In this document: positions 28,690 through 42,476 of the stretch, in pieces
How the letters are laid out: each line of letters opens with the position of its first letter
Position numbering within the stretch: the first letter of the stretch is position 1
Assembly: GCA_015680685.1 (NCBI GenBank)
Contig: MNCI01002560.1
Location: 381,995-445,994 of the forward strand
Source: Gnetum montanum
Taxonomy: Eukaryota; Plantae; Gnetophyta
Reading direction: 5' to 3'
Length of the DNA stretch: 64,000 nucleotides
Translations under genes and position numbers: made by a program
Notes under the pieces: model-generated
Database searches by the model: none
The model's input: the letters and a program-made list of their open reading frames with translations, nothing else
Told to the model about the DNA's origin: nothing

Positions 28690-30652
28690 AATTAGCTAAG
28701 TTTCCTTACAACTATATTAATAATGGATATGATCAATAGTACATGAGGGTCTATGATTGTAAAGACCCTACCATGATTGAATGCAAATAATCCTTGAGAC
28801 AGAGTGGGCAAACTCTTGGATTCTTGGTAATAAATGAAGAACACTATAACTTCATTTACGCTAAGATCTAGTTTGGCATGATGATCCCACAAGCAGAAGC
28901 ACAAGACAAGGGGGAATTTTAGCTCATCCATTGTAATGGGAAGGAGTACATTACCTTTCCCTATGACCAAATACTCCTTAATGACATCTACACTAGCATC
29001 TTAGCCCTTCTCATTGAGGTTGACAAAGATAATTAAAAGGCTACCTATGATGGATAACTAGAGGAGGAAAATGAATTCTAGATAGATTCCAAGGTTGAGA
29101 ACCTTTTATGGAGTCTTTTCCAAGACCATAGTGCCAATATCTACCTCCTTCACCTATTATTGTAAATAGATTCCATCACCTTTGTCCCTAGTGTACTAGA
29201 TCATGTTCAGGCCCATGCTAGTCTTTGCTATGCACCAAGCACAAATTGTGATGCAACGAACCACTTTCCATTTTTCCATGCCATTTGCTACTTAGCCTAG
29301 GTCAGTATGACTAATGTTAGTAGTAGCTACTATTGCTAACCCATTGACCAAACAAGTGGGATACACCATGGGAGCTTAAGAAATCCATGGGTCACATACC
29401 CCCTTTTCTCCATTTGTGTCCTAGATACTAACACACATATCTTTCTTCTTTTTTGGTTCATAGACTATAGCCATTACACAACTTCTTCCCTCTAAACCTT
29501 GTAACCAACAGGGGCATCACAGGGTTTGGATCAAGCCTTCTACATGATCCAGGATTTGATGAAGGAGTTGAAGAGGCTGAAGGCCTCTACTTTCCACAGT
29601 GTTAAGATCATGGTGTTTTACTTGGATGATCTCATCAGTCCTATGGTCCCACCCTTGACACTTCCTCCTAGTGTTCCTATCCCTTAATTCAACAAGTATA
29701 ATGGATAAGGTGATTCCAATGCTCACATTATAACCTTTCGGTCTGAGTGCTTTTTGTTGCAATCATGGATGTACACTACAATGAGAATCTTTCCTATGTT
29801 CTTGACTAGGAAAGTGCTTGATTGGTACTATGCCCTTTATAGAGGATCCATATCCTTCATTGAAGACCTCATAGCCCAATTTTTTAACCACTTCAAGTAT
29901 AAATTGAATTTAAATACCATGCTTGACCCATCAATGAAGGTTAAGTAGGGATCCCTTGAGCTAGTGTAGAAGTTCATTCAATGGTGGAATGGTCTAATAA
30001 ATGAGATAGTAGAGCTTATAGTTGAAATCCATATCTTGGCTATATTGAATGGGATGGTCAATGATTTCATTAAGTTCAAGCTATACTTTCTTCACCCATG
30101 GACACGTAGTCATGCATTCTCCTAGACTAAGAACATAGAGGATGCCGTAGAGGCTAGTCATGACCTAGCCTATGCGACATACAAAAGTTAACATACATGA
30201 AGAGACTAGTAGAATACTGAAAAAAACAACATGGCTATAGCAATAGTAACCAAAGAGGAAAAAATCACTAACTAGGGGCCAATGAACAACCCACCTAAGG
30301 CCCTTGATAATAATTGAGATAACTAGCCATCAACCTTTGGGGCCATTGCATCAACAACAATCAAACCAAACTTTGAAAAGAAGGACAAGTGTAAATATAT
30401 TAGGCTATTGTTAAAACCATCCAAGCTACTAGATCAACTGTTGAAGAATGAATGCATTTAATACAAGAAGATAACCAAAGATTCATGAAAGAAGCATGAT
30501 AGGCCATGTTAAATAGCCAAAGATCCCACTCAAGAAAAAAAAGATGATCAATAGCTTCCTAAATATTTGAAGTTAGAATACTTTTACCACTACCACCAAC
30601 TACCTAGTCATGACATAGATTTCAGCCTTGCATTGAAGGATGACCTCCAAAA
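28690..30652 (+). pseudogene. Tat-B gag, first part
   Basis: PNFNKYNG*GDSNAH-like motif ~29690; IFPMFLTRKVLDWY; YFYHYHQLPSHD..LKDDLQ up to the insertion point. Confidence 0.8.
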
Positions 30653-33600
30653 TGAAATACCACAAATTTTGGGTCTTGACATCTTAATTACAAATTTGGC
30701 TAAAAGTGTCAAAACGGTGGCACTTTGCCCAAATTTTTCTAAGTGTTGAGTGTAGTTAGCTCTAACTACAAAATTTTCAAAATTTCTCTAAGTGTTAGAA
30801 TGATGACACAAGTTGCAAAATTTTTCTAAGTGTTGTGCTATGCTTTAGCACTATAGCTGTTATGCTCTACTATGCTCTAGAGTGTAGCAAGCGTAGGCAA
30901 CACACAAATGGCTAGTTATACAAAATTTTTCCAAGTGTTGTGCTACTCTTCCATTGTCCCTGCTATGCTTTAGAGTATAGCCAACACCTTAATGGCCAAT
31001 TTTTCCTAAGTGTCAAGTTAGAATTTGTCAAACTAGCTCAGCATAGAAGACACATTTGGCAAATTTTCTAACTCTTGAGGTTACCTCTCCTACTATGCCC
31101 TAGAGCGTAGCTAGCATAGCACAAAGGAAGATTGAAGATTTTGTCAAATTTTTCTAAGTATACCTACTACACTCTACTAGGCTCCAGAGTGTAGCTAGTG
31201 TAACTAGTGCTGGGCATCAAAAATTTTGCAAAATTTGATAAAGTGTTATGTTACACTCTAAAGCATAACCAATGTAACACTAAAGAAAAGCCTTTGATAG
31301 CCTCCAAAACTCAATATCAACCTTCATATAAGCTCTAACATCCCTCTAGCAAGAAAGATCTACAATGTTTATCTCTTATACACCTCCAATGGTCTCCAAA
31401 ATCATTCCTACACTTGACCCTACTTGAAAGAGTGGAAGACGTAGTCCTAGAGCATAGCCTGTAAGTTGCACTATTTTTTGTACTATTTGTAGGTACATTG
31501 TAGTCATTCAAACTCTGGTACATGTAGTTTTGGTAGTGTAGTCAGAGTTTAGTAGTCTTTGGGGACTTGTTATAGTACTCTAGAGTGTAACACTTTGTTA
31601 CTCCCATAGGAGTGTAGCAAGGGTTTAGCATGGCCTCACCTATCATTGTCCCACGTGGCAGCCGATCCACATTTTGTGCTAACCCTAGTGCTATAAATAC
31701 CCCTATATTTAGCATTTTAGGGGTTGTCAAATCAAAAGACCATTGAAAATTTTGACATTCTGAGCATCCTTGGCACTCTCACTTGAGCACTCAAGTACAC
31801 CTAGCACTTTGGTGCATTCCAAAATTTCATCAGGCAAAGGCCACATGCCATCCATGACGTAGTTCACCACTCTACCCGTGGAACACAACAATAGTCAATG
31901 TAACAAGTTTAGTCCCCATGGTAGCCATAAGTTCCATAGCCTAGATGCCCTAGAGACTATGTCTAGATTGCTACATTACCACTGTGCTTGCCTATACATT
32001 GGGTACCACTCTCACCTCTTTTCCTATAATAGTTATGCTTCCTCATATTGGGTAGTGTACTTTCATTCTTAAATTTTGTTGCATTTTCCAAGAATTTGTT
32101 CTTTGGCACTTAGCATAGCATTAATGTTTTCTTTACTGTTTCACATATTTGCATGTTTAGATTGCTATTCTTAGGCTAGTACAGCCTACTATGCTCTGGC
32201 TTAGCCAGCCTTAGTACTTGCATGTAATGCTATATAAACCCCTCTCACAAATATTCATCTTAACACCTCATAAGTTTGTGTCTAATTGAAAAGACCATTC
32301 AAGTCACCCCATCTCTATTTTCTAGCATGACCCTCACATGAACTTGGGATTAGGTTGTATGTCCACTAACCTCTTGATGTTCCAACCACCAATGTTTTTG
32401 GTTATCACAATATTTGGCTCTAGAAGGAGGGCCTCACCATTTCCTTTTGCATTTTCTAATTGTCCTCATGCATGATCTCTCCACCACTAGTTGGTGTAGA
32501 TTGGACCCCATTGTTAGTTCTCCTGGAAACCTTCTGGACAAAAGCCAAAGAGTATTTTTGGCACTTGACCAAAATTCTAGATGCTTGGGAGATCATAGCT
32601 AGATCTCAACATAGAGAGCATAGCTTGCTCTAGCATAGAAAGTGTAGCTCCAAAGTTAGCCATTTTTGGTAGCTTTCATAGTTATTATTTTTCTACATTT
32701 CCATACTTAGCATTCTTTTTGCATTTTCATAGTCAAATTTTCTATAGTTTTACACTTAGTTAATTTTTTTGTAGTTTCCATACTTAGCCATTTTCTTTTG
32801 CATTTTTACAAAGCCATTTTTCTACAATTTTATACTTAACCATTTTTCTTCTATCGGAAAACTTAGTCATTTTTCCATAGTTTTTAGAGTTAGTTATTTT
32901 TTTGCAAACAACAACTCTCATAACCTGATCTGTGAACATGAATCCAAATAAACCTTCCATGTTGGTTTCTAACACATTTGGCACCAAAATCCACCCAAAG
33001 CATGCTATACTAAGCCACAAACAATACAATTTTGTTTATGCCAAAATCCAAGTAGGATTACTAGTGGATTTCCTTGACCTAGAGGCCAAACATGACTATG
33101 AGCAAGTTCACCGAGATAGATGGAAGTACAATCCCATCTTATTTGACATAATTCTACTCACAGAGTCCTACCACTAGCTGTTGTCCAAACTCATCTATGA
33201 AAATGAGCATGATGTAGGGATAACATATAAGGAAGTCTCATAGGAGAAAGAAGATGAGTTCAAGGCCTACTCTAAATCTGAGAGCCTCATCTACACTGTC
33301 TTCCAACAACTGTATCCTAGTACAGCCCCTTCTTGATTCAGTCCACCCATCCTCTCTGAGATGGCGATCATGCAAATTTAGCCTTCTTTGCAAGTGACCA
33401 CTACATTTTCCCAATCCTATGCTTACCCAAGGGCCACCTCCTAGCCTTAGATGATTTAGGCATCCTACATCCCACCTGTCTCATCAGTGTCAATGATGTT
33501 CATCCAACCAACTTTTGTGTGGTCCATCTCAGTCACCGTGTTCATCCCTTAGCCAACACATCAACTAAACCCATCTTCTATGATGTTAAACTAGAAATGA

Positions 33601-36600
33601 CCATCCACTATGACATCAAACTAGAAATGATCATCTACTATGATGTTAAACTGACAATCACTATTCACTATGACATTAAATTGGCAAACCCCACAATCAA
33701 CAATTCAACCCTATGCTAGGAAACCAACATTGGCTAGTCAATACAATGGGAACCAATGGCTAAGCAACCCAAGGATCTAGCTTTGGAGTTAGCAATTTTT
33801 AGTAGCTTTCATAGTTAGCCAATGGCTAATCATAGCAACTGTAGCTCCAGATTTAGCCATTTTTGGTAGCTTTCATAGTTAGCATTTTTTCAATCAGGGA
33901 CCAACAGCTAAGCAACCCAAGGTCCTAGCTCACAAAGGTGCCAAATCTGGTGCCAACTCACCTACATTGGTAAGGGCCATCCCAAGGCCCAATTTTGAGG
34001 ACAAGGATTGCTCAAAGTATACACCACTATTGATGGAACCCTCTAAAATGTTGGAGCAACTCTTGAAAGCCAAGAAAATCTAACACAAACGAGTATCATA
34101 AATTTTCCACCAACGACACAACAAGTACTATGGACTATTAAGGAACCCCACCTCAGTAGTATTGAAGGAGCCCCTAGTCCCACAAAATTTCCAATTGGAC
34201 CAATACTATCATACCACCAGCTGTTTGGTCATAGTACAGACAACTATCTTGCTTTGTAGGATGACTTGCAAAGAATGATAGAATGGGATCAATTGGTACT
34301 CGATGCAATGAGTCAAACCACCATAGATGATTCCCCCTATGTCATAAACTTTATCAACGTAGGTGGCAAGTTTAAACCTATGAAAAAACTTATATGATAC
34401 ACATTCATTCTAACAAGGCAAGGATCCCCTCGGCCTCCACAAGTAAGAGGATCTTCTTTGTTATCAAAATGCCAACTTAGGCCCCCACAACACCCTTTGT
34501 GGCCAAGGTCCCATAGTAATCTTCTACTAAGAAATTAAACTGGAAACCAAACCAACTATTCTCTAAGATGTTAAATTGACATGATGTAGCAACAACAACC
34601 ACTAAGCAACCTTTCATCATCAAGGTGCCATAACAAGTTGGCCCTACAACAACTCCTAAACCAAAATTTGTCATAATGGTGCCACAACATGATGGCCCGT
34701 CACCTACCTAAAGTGAAATAGTGGGCAACGTCTCAATCCCTCCATCTTCAAGGGATGATCCCACTAACAACCTAGGTAGGCCAACCAAGTGACAATGCAA
34801 GAGGACAAATGAGTGCTCTATAACCCCCATGGCTGAAGCAAAGGTCATAAACAACAAGTAACAACTAAACACTAGGGCTCTTACCCCCAAGTAGGCCAAG
34901 CAACCTAAGCCCAAGTCCCTTCCATGAGAGATTTATATCTCAAACAGCATGGAGGAAGTCAAGGCCAACAAAATGGTTGATTGCAAGGACTTTGCAGCTA
35001 CACTAGCCTAGATGAAACAAACAATCAAGCAAAAGAACATCACATTGAGCTTGTACAACATTCCCATGACCCTATCTACTCACTACCAAGCATTAGCCTA
35101 GATGTTGGCCTCCATTCCTATTACAAAGGACATACCTGTAGATGAGAACACCATCCATATAATGATGTTGCCTCCTACACCACAAGAATTGGGTTCAACA
35201 TCCCTAGTGTTTTGTGATGATGTAGTCAAGGTCAATCCCAAATGAGGGGAGGGCACTATAGCTCCACTTTCCATTAGCATATGTGTTAGTTTGTGCCTAA
35301 TTTGTAGAGTGCATGTTGATGATGATGCAACAATAAAAATAATCTTGTACTCTGTCATTGACAAGCTAGGCCAACCAAACCATGTGTCTAAAATCCTTCA
35401 ATGGATCACACATGACTTTTAGGGGTACAATCAACTTAGCCTTCATGGTAGAAGGGAAATTCCCTTCACTATCATAGAGGAGATGCCAGGCTTCAACCTA
35501 ATCCTAGGGGCTAGCCCAACTATGGGCCATCTCTTCTCCCATCCATCAAGAAATCCACCTTCCATATGAAGGTGGTCAAGTTGTCATCCACAGTGATAAT
35601 GTCCCCCCTTCAACTACCCACAACATAAACATGGAGCAAGTGTTGGAGGTGGAGTTTCTTGATGGTTCGTCTACAATGATGAGTCATAGTTTGTTAGGTT
35701 TCAATATCGGGTACACGATATTGGATATGTGACATTGCAGTTTGGATATGATATTGTATACATGATATTTTAATTCCTATGTCAGCCTATAAATATAGCA
35801 TTCAGGTGCATTGTAAGTTAGTCATTAGGAGTCTTGAGTCTTTTGGAGTCAGTCTTTTAGTCAGTTTTTAGTTTTTAGCTCTTTTCCTAGTGCATGCATG
35901 CAATGTGATGCTTGTAATTGTATGAAACCTTTGTTTCCGTGTGACATAGTTAGACACACTTATGATTGATAATAAAGATCAAGATTACTCCATCATTGCA
36001 GCATTCACTTATTTTTAATTTTTTTTTAATTATTTATCACTTATTGTTGTTTTCTTAGTTAATGTTTCTTTTATTGTCATTTACTATTCCTGTTGTTAAC
36101 ATGGAATGAGTACATCTTAATCCTGAACATTTAAGTGTAACTAAATGGTAACCTAATAGCGTATTAAGTGGTGCTTCAAGTAATATGTGCTGTTATTCTT
36201 AGAAGTAGTACACAAAGTCCAAGATGCATAGATATGATTAGGGATGGATTCTTATCACACTTAGGCTAGCTTAGATCTTATTTTCTACTACTTATTAGTT
36301 TAATTAAGTTATTTCTCATTGTCCTTTGGAGTAGCATAGTAGTAGGAACCACATCATACACCTCACTCTAGACTAAACCATACATGATAAAGAAAATACT
36401 AGTCTAGGTGAGAAGACAATGAACTGTGATCTATGTATAACTATCTAGGCACCATAACTAGTTTGTCCACAAAGTTTGATCAGATCACACGTACACACTC
36501 GTATTCATATGATTGAGCATAGGGGTACCTTGTTGCTCATCATGTGGCAACGAATGCAATGCCTATAGCTAACACACTTGAACAAGTTGTTGAAGCCAAT

Positions 36601-39600
36601 AGCCTCTCAAAGGATCCGAAGCCTTGCATGCCCCCTAATGTATAGCCAGTTAGGAAGCAACTACATGTCCAAAACTTTCCCTTGGTGAAAAATGCTCTAA
36701 GTGCCTGCTTACCCCTTACCTCCATGGGCCATGCATTTTTGATTTTTGCTTACATTGCATTTGCTCATGCATTTACATTTCACCTGCTTGCTTAGTTTAC
36801 ACACTGCTTCATTTTTTTTATGCATTCTACTTTGTTTACGCATCCATACAGTTAGCTTATGCATTGCATTTGAAAAATATCAAAAACACATGAAAATAAA
36901 AAAAACATAAAACTACAAAAAGACATGGCTAGGAAAGGCCTTAGACTAGCCCACGATCTGGAATGGCCTAAAACTATCACTTTTCTTTCATTCATGCATT
37001 TTAACTCTATTTAAAACATGTGCCACTTGATTTTTATTTTCTAGTTGATTTTTATAGGATCTTGCAAGCACACAGCATGACTACACATGTAGCATTGCAC
37101 CNCGATCTTGCAAGCACACAGCATGACTACACATGTAGCATTGCACCTCACATAAGCAAGGTAAGCACTTGTCCACCATGATGCAAAAAACTGGCATAGA
37201 TAGTCTACTATGACTATAAACTTGTGTAGTAGTCTGCTATGACTATAAATTGGCATAGATTGTCCTTGGATCATGATCTTAAACTAGCATAACATCCACT
37301 ATCTTCTGCTATGATGTTAAACAAGCACCCATCAGTCTACCAAGACTATAAACTAGCACATCATGATCTATCAAGATCTTAAACTAGGTTCATGATTTGC
37401 TATTACTTTAAATTGGCATGTTGCTGATCTATTGGAACACCTACTACTAGTGAAACCCTTGGGGCACTCACAACATCATTTCCTCCAACCATTCTACTAA
37501 TGTTTTGAAGCACCTACCATCAGTGTAGCCTTTGGAGGACTAATAGAATCATTGCCCTGGCATACTCACTAGCATCCTAAGCACTTGCAATTTGCATAGC
37601 ATTTGACACATTTCTAGCATCTTCACATCTAGCACTTGTAGCATCTTCACATCTTGCATTTGCACTTACATTTCATGTTTTTTCATTTTCTTATCCTCTC
37701 AAAGTTGTGTTTGTAGGATGAAGCTTTGGAGGTGGTCATGTAGAGATGCATCTCCTTGCAACAGCAAGTCGCCATGTCACTCCGATGTGCATGATTAGAC
37801 TAATTAAGCCATTCAAGAGTGCACATCCCCCTCATCCCATTATAGTATATGCACATGCATTCCTTCATTCCAATAGCTTCTCATCCCTTGCATACTCATG
37901 ATTTCACATCCCTTTGATGCATATGAATTGTGATGCATATGACATTCTCTTCACATCAACTATAGAACCCATGGTGGATGTAACACAACTCATCCCATGG
38001 GGAACCTCTATTGGGTGGTTAAGGCCCAAGTGGATGTAATGAAACTCATCCTGAGGAGGAAACATCTGTCCTAAAAATGTGATGCCCTTTACAAACCCTT
38101 ATCCACAATACTCTTGAACATGGTGGAATGAAAATTGATCTGGTATTGAAGAGTGATGTTTGTGCCATGTCTATTGTGGTGTTTTGCAATTCTTTGTTGA
38201 TGTATCTCAGGCCACTCCTTCAAACTTTAATAAAGAGGGGCAATTAAAACAACAAAAAATTTCTAGTCTTGGTGTCTCAATTGCAAATTTAGCTAAGTGT
38301 CAAAATGATGGCACTTTGTCCAATTTTTTCTAAGTATTGAGTGTAGTCAGCTCCAACTGCTAGATTTGCAAATTTTTCTAAGTGTCAGAATGATGACACA
38401 AGCTGCAAAATTTCTCTAACTGTTGCATTACACTCTAGCACTATAGCTGTTATGTTCTACTACAAGTGTAGTAAGCATAGCCAACATACAAATGGCCAGT
38501 TTTGCAGAATTTTTCTAAGTGTTGTGCTACTCTACCATTTCCCTTGCTATGCTCTAAAGTGTAGCTAGCACATCAATGGCTAGTTTTGCATAAGTGTCAA
38601 GCCAAAAGCTATCAAGATAGCTCAGTAAGAAAGAGACATTTGGCAAATTTTCTAACTCTTGAGGCTACCTCTCTTATTACACCCTAGAGTATAGGTAGCA
38701 TAGCATGAAGGAAGATTGCAAATTCTATCAAATTTTTCTAAGTACACTTGCTACACTCTACTATGCTCTAGAGAATAGCCAACATAACTAGTGCGAGGCA
38801 TTAAAACTTTACAAAATTTGACTAAGTGTTGTGTTCTGCTCTAAAGCGTAGCCAGTGTAACACTGAAGAAAAGCCTCTGATAGCCTCCAAAAGCCTTTAA
38901 AACTTAGCATCAGACTTAATCTTAGCTCCAACATCCCTCCAATAATTAAGATTAGTAATTTGTATCTCTTTTGCATCCCCATTTATCCCTAAAATTTTTC
39001 CTATGCTTAACCTTACTCAAAAGAGGGGAAGACGTAGTCCTAGAGTATAGCCTCCAAGTTGCACTTTTTTTTGTATTGTTTGCAAGTAGATTGCAATCAT
39101 TCAAACTCTAGAATATGTAGTCTTGGTAGTGTAGTCATATTTTAGTAGTCTCTAGGAACTCGTTGTAGTAGTATAGAGCATAACACTTTGGTACTCCCAT
39201 AGGAGCGTGATAATGGTTTAGTGTGGTCCTACCTATCATTGTGCCTGATCTACATTTCGTGCTAACCCTAGCACTATAAATACTCCTATGTTTAGCATTC
39301 TATGGGTTGGAAAATCAAAAGAGAATTGGGCATTTTGACATTTTGAGCATCCTTGGCATTCTCGCAATTGAGCACTCAAGCACACTTAGCACTTTGGCTC
39401 ATTCTAGGATCCCATTGGGAAATGGGCACATGCTGTCCAACACACAATTCACCAGTGTACTCAAAGAACATAGTAATAGCAAACCTAGTAGGTTTAGTCC
39501 CCATGGTAGTTGTCAATTCCATAGCTTGGATGCCCCAGAGACTGTGACTACAATACTATGCTCCTACTATGCCTGCTTGTATGCTGCGTACCACTCTCAC

Positions 39601-39996
39601 CTTTTTTCTTACAATAGCTATGCTCCCTTGTCTAGGGTAGTGCACTTTCATTATTAAGTTTTGCTACATTTTTCAAGCAGTCTTTGTTTTGCACTTGGCA
39701 TAGCACTAACGTTTTCTTTACTATTTTGCACATATTTTCATGTTTACACTACTATTCTTTGGCCGAGACACCCTGCTACACTTTGGCTTAGCCAGCTCTG
39801 GAGCCCACATGTAATGTTGTATAAACCCCTCTCACACATGTTTATCATAATACCTCGTATGTCTTTGTATGATCGACAAGACTGTTTAGGGCACCTCATC
39901 TCCATTTTCTAGCATAGCCCTTACATAGACTTGAGGTTAGGTTGTATGCCCACTAACCTCTTGGTGTTCTAGCCACCAATGTTTTCGATTATCACA
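30653..39996 (+). mobile_element. Tat-like element C, non-autonomous (partial gag + protease, no RT/RH/INT), nested in Tat-B gag
   Basis: LTRs 30653-32409 and 38245-39996; PBS tggctctagaaggaggg 32415-32431; PPT aaagagggg 38232-38240; TSD caaaa/caaat; host frame DDLQ|MMIDR rejoins across it; protease RVHVDDDAT ~35310. Confidence 0.9.
35677..36542 (+). mobile_element. Athila-type solo LTR inside Tat-C
   Basis: TGATGAG..CTCATCA termini; 3' end matches 62545-62603; no PBS or PPT adjacent. Confidence 0.82.
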
Positions 39997-41580
39997 CAAA
40001 TGATGATAGATAGGAAAGAATTGGTTTTAGATGTATCCAATCTTGTTTGGCCACAAAATTAATTGATGCAAGTGTATAAGGATTCATTGAATGCCAATAA
40101 CACTACATACATTATATGAACATTTAACATATATGACAATCAGATACCCATGAGGAAACCATTTATGATTTAGGTACCCCCTTGTGATGGAATGGCTTCT
40201 TTAGCTTCCACTAGATCAAGATCCCCTTTTGTCATGAGAGTATCCTCACGAATGCCTCTAAGGGAACCTTTTGTCATCAGGGTGCCCTAGCCCACTATAG
40301 CCTAGCTAGCCCCAACAATCGAATAGTGACCTTCCATAGTGGCTAATGCCACAATGTCTTCCTCAAATACAACTAACAACAACCAAATAGCCTCAACTTA
40401 GCAAAGGAAGAAGCATAAGCAAAAGTGTAACAAGGGTAACAAGTAGACTAAGGCATGGAAGGAAGTGGATCCATCAAAGCTCACTCTATATCATCTATAT
40501 TCATGACCTTCTCTGCCCAACCTACCTCAACTAGTAAACCATAGGAGGATCTCAAAATTAAAATCCAAAAGAAAGAGGAGAGATCCCCAACGATAACAAC
40601 CTAAGATCAAACTTTGTATTTTGGGGCACATGAAGGGAGTGAAGCATAACTAGGATGACAAGCCCACAACCAATGACAAAAAATTCCTCAATGTAATGGA
40701 ATAGGTTCAATAGTCCCTCAAATATAAAAATACAACTTTAAGCCTATACGACTTGATCATGAGTTCAAGTACACATCATGAAGTCATAGTCAAGATATCA
40801 ACCTTCATCCCCATTAGTGAAGAAATCCCTACTAACGAGGAATTTATCTATGCAGTGATGATTCTACCTTCACCAAGGGAGAAGAAGTCAACACTGCTAG
40901 TATTTTGTTATAACAAAATCAAGGCCAATCCACAAAATGGTGAGGTAATTGGAGCTCCTCTTTTCATAACCATACACATTGTACAATATAAGATGTACCA
41001 AGTGCATGTAGATGATTGGGCTAAAACAAATGCCATCCCATGCACCATCATTAAGTGATTAGTCTTGATAGAGCAAATCCTACATACATCAACAACTACT
41101 TTCAAGTTCTTCAATGGATTAAGGGTTGTTGTCAAGAGGTCTATCTCCTTGAATTTTTTGGTAGGGTATAAATTCCTGAAAACCATTCATTTCTTAGTGG
41201 TGGAGGAGATGCTAGGGTTTAACCTTATTTAGCTTAGTTATGAGATGTGTCCTTACCCATCCACTAAGAGATTCACCTTCCTTATGAAGAAGGTGAAATC
41301 ATCATTCATGGTGATAATGTGGTGCCCTTGTCTATTAACAACATGAACATAGAGTAGGAGTTTGAAGTGGAGTTTCAAGAATAAACTCCCAGTCATAAAA
41401 TCCAATGACTTGAGAGAGAGAAGAAATTCTATAATGACAATGATGGAAAACATGATGCATTATGGGATGAACTCCCTTTTAACATTGTTAGTGAAGGTGA
41501 TGGTGAACACAAACTTGTGTGGAGTACAACTTACACATTTTCTAATATTTCAAGGATTAGGAAGAGTCTGCACAAGTGAA
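39997..41580 (+). pseudogene. Tat-B gag C-terminus and aspartic protease
   Basis: LSLYDLIMSSSTH, APLFITI..VHVDDWAKTNAI; homologous to 11953-12790 (minus strand). Confidence 0.82.
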
Positions 41581-41879
41581 GTACACTTTGGCCCTTCCAC
41601 CCCATTTCCTTATATCCATATAATGATATGTACCGATAGTCATGTAGACTAAATTTTCTTTGTTGACTAGTTATGCCTTCTTGTGTACTTTAGTTTACTC
41701 TTTAATGCATGTAGCCTAATTTTTTACTTTCATTTGCATTTTTATTTATTTATTAGAGCCTTTCTCTTTTTTTTTTAATTTTTCACATGTTCTAAGCCTT
41801 ATAAATATTTCAACACTAGTAAACCCATAAAAATTTTAAAATGGAAAATCACCAAAAATATAAGTTTCCTTGTAACAAG

Positions 41880-42150
41880 GGCCCATCATGGCCTAAAATT
41901 GGAAAAACCCAAGGGCTTCCATGGCCTAAAACTAGCAAACCTATAGCTTGTTGAGGCCTTAAACTAGCACCACAGTCTACTAAGTCTTTAAGCTAGTGCT
42001 ATAGTCCACTAAGACTTAAAATTGATGCTATAGTTCACTAAGACTTAAAATTGGCACTACAATATACTAAGACTTTATATTGATGTTGCAGCCAATCATA
42101 GCCTTAAATTTGTGATAAATGTATGGCCCACCATGGCTTAAAACTTTCTA
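41880..42150 (+). repeat. ~29-30 bp degenerate tandem array (..ctaagacttaaaattggcac..)
   Basis: About nine recurrences of a ttaaa(c/t)t(g/a)g core; related arrays at 33575-33690, 37180-37420 and 50145-50205. Confidence 0.8.
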
Positions 42151-42476
42151 CTAACCTTTATCCTATGACCATTCATATTCTAACCATTTTCAACATAGCC
42201 AACGTAGCCATTAGCAACATAGCCTTGCTACAACATTTATAACCTTAAATCCTTAAATAAGTAAAGCCATCAACAACATATATAGTCAAAAATAAAACTA
42301 AAACTTAAAATTTGAAACATTTTAAAATATAGCCATGGCCATACTATGTGGCATAAATATTAAAATAATAAACCATAAGCATCAAAATGTCTACAACTTA
42401 AGCATTAACCAATATGGGCTATAGAATGTCCAACATAAAGTAAACTAAATAAATAATCATCAAAAAAGCTATCAAA

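Noticed and set aside
35672-36547. TSD for the solo LTR (tacaa / tgtgg)
   Set aside because: Matches only if several transitions are assumed; not acceptable as evidence
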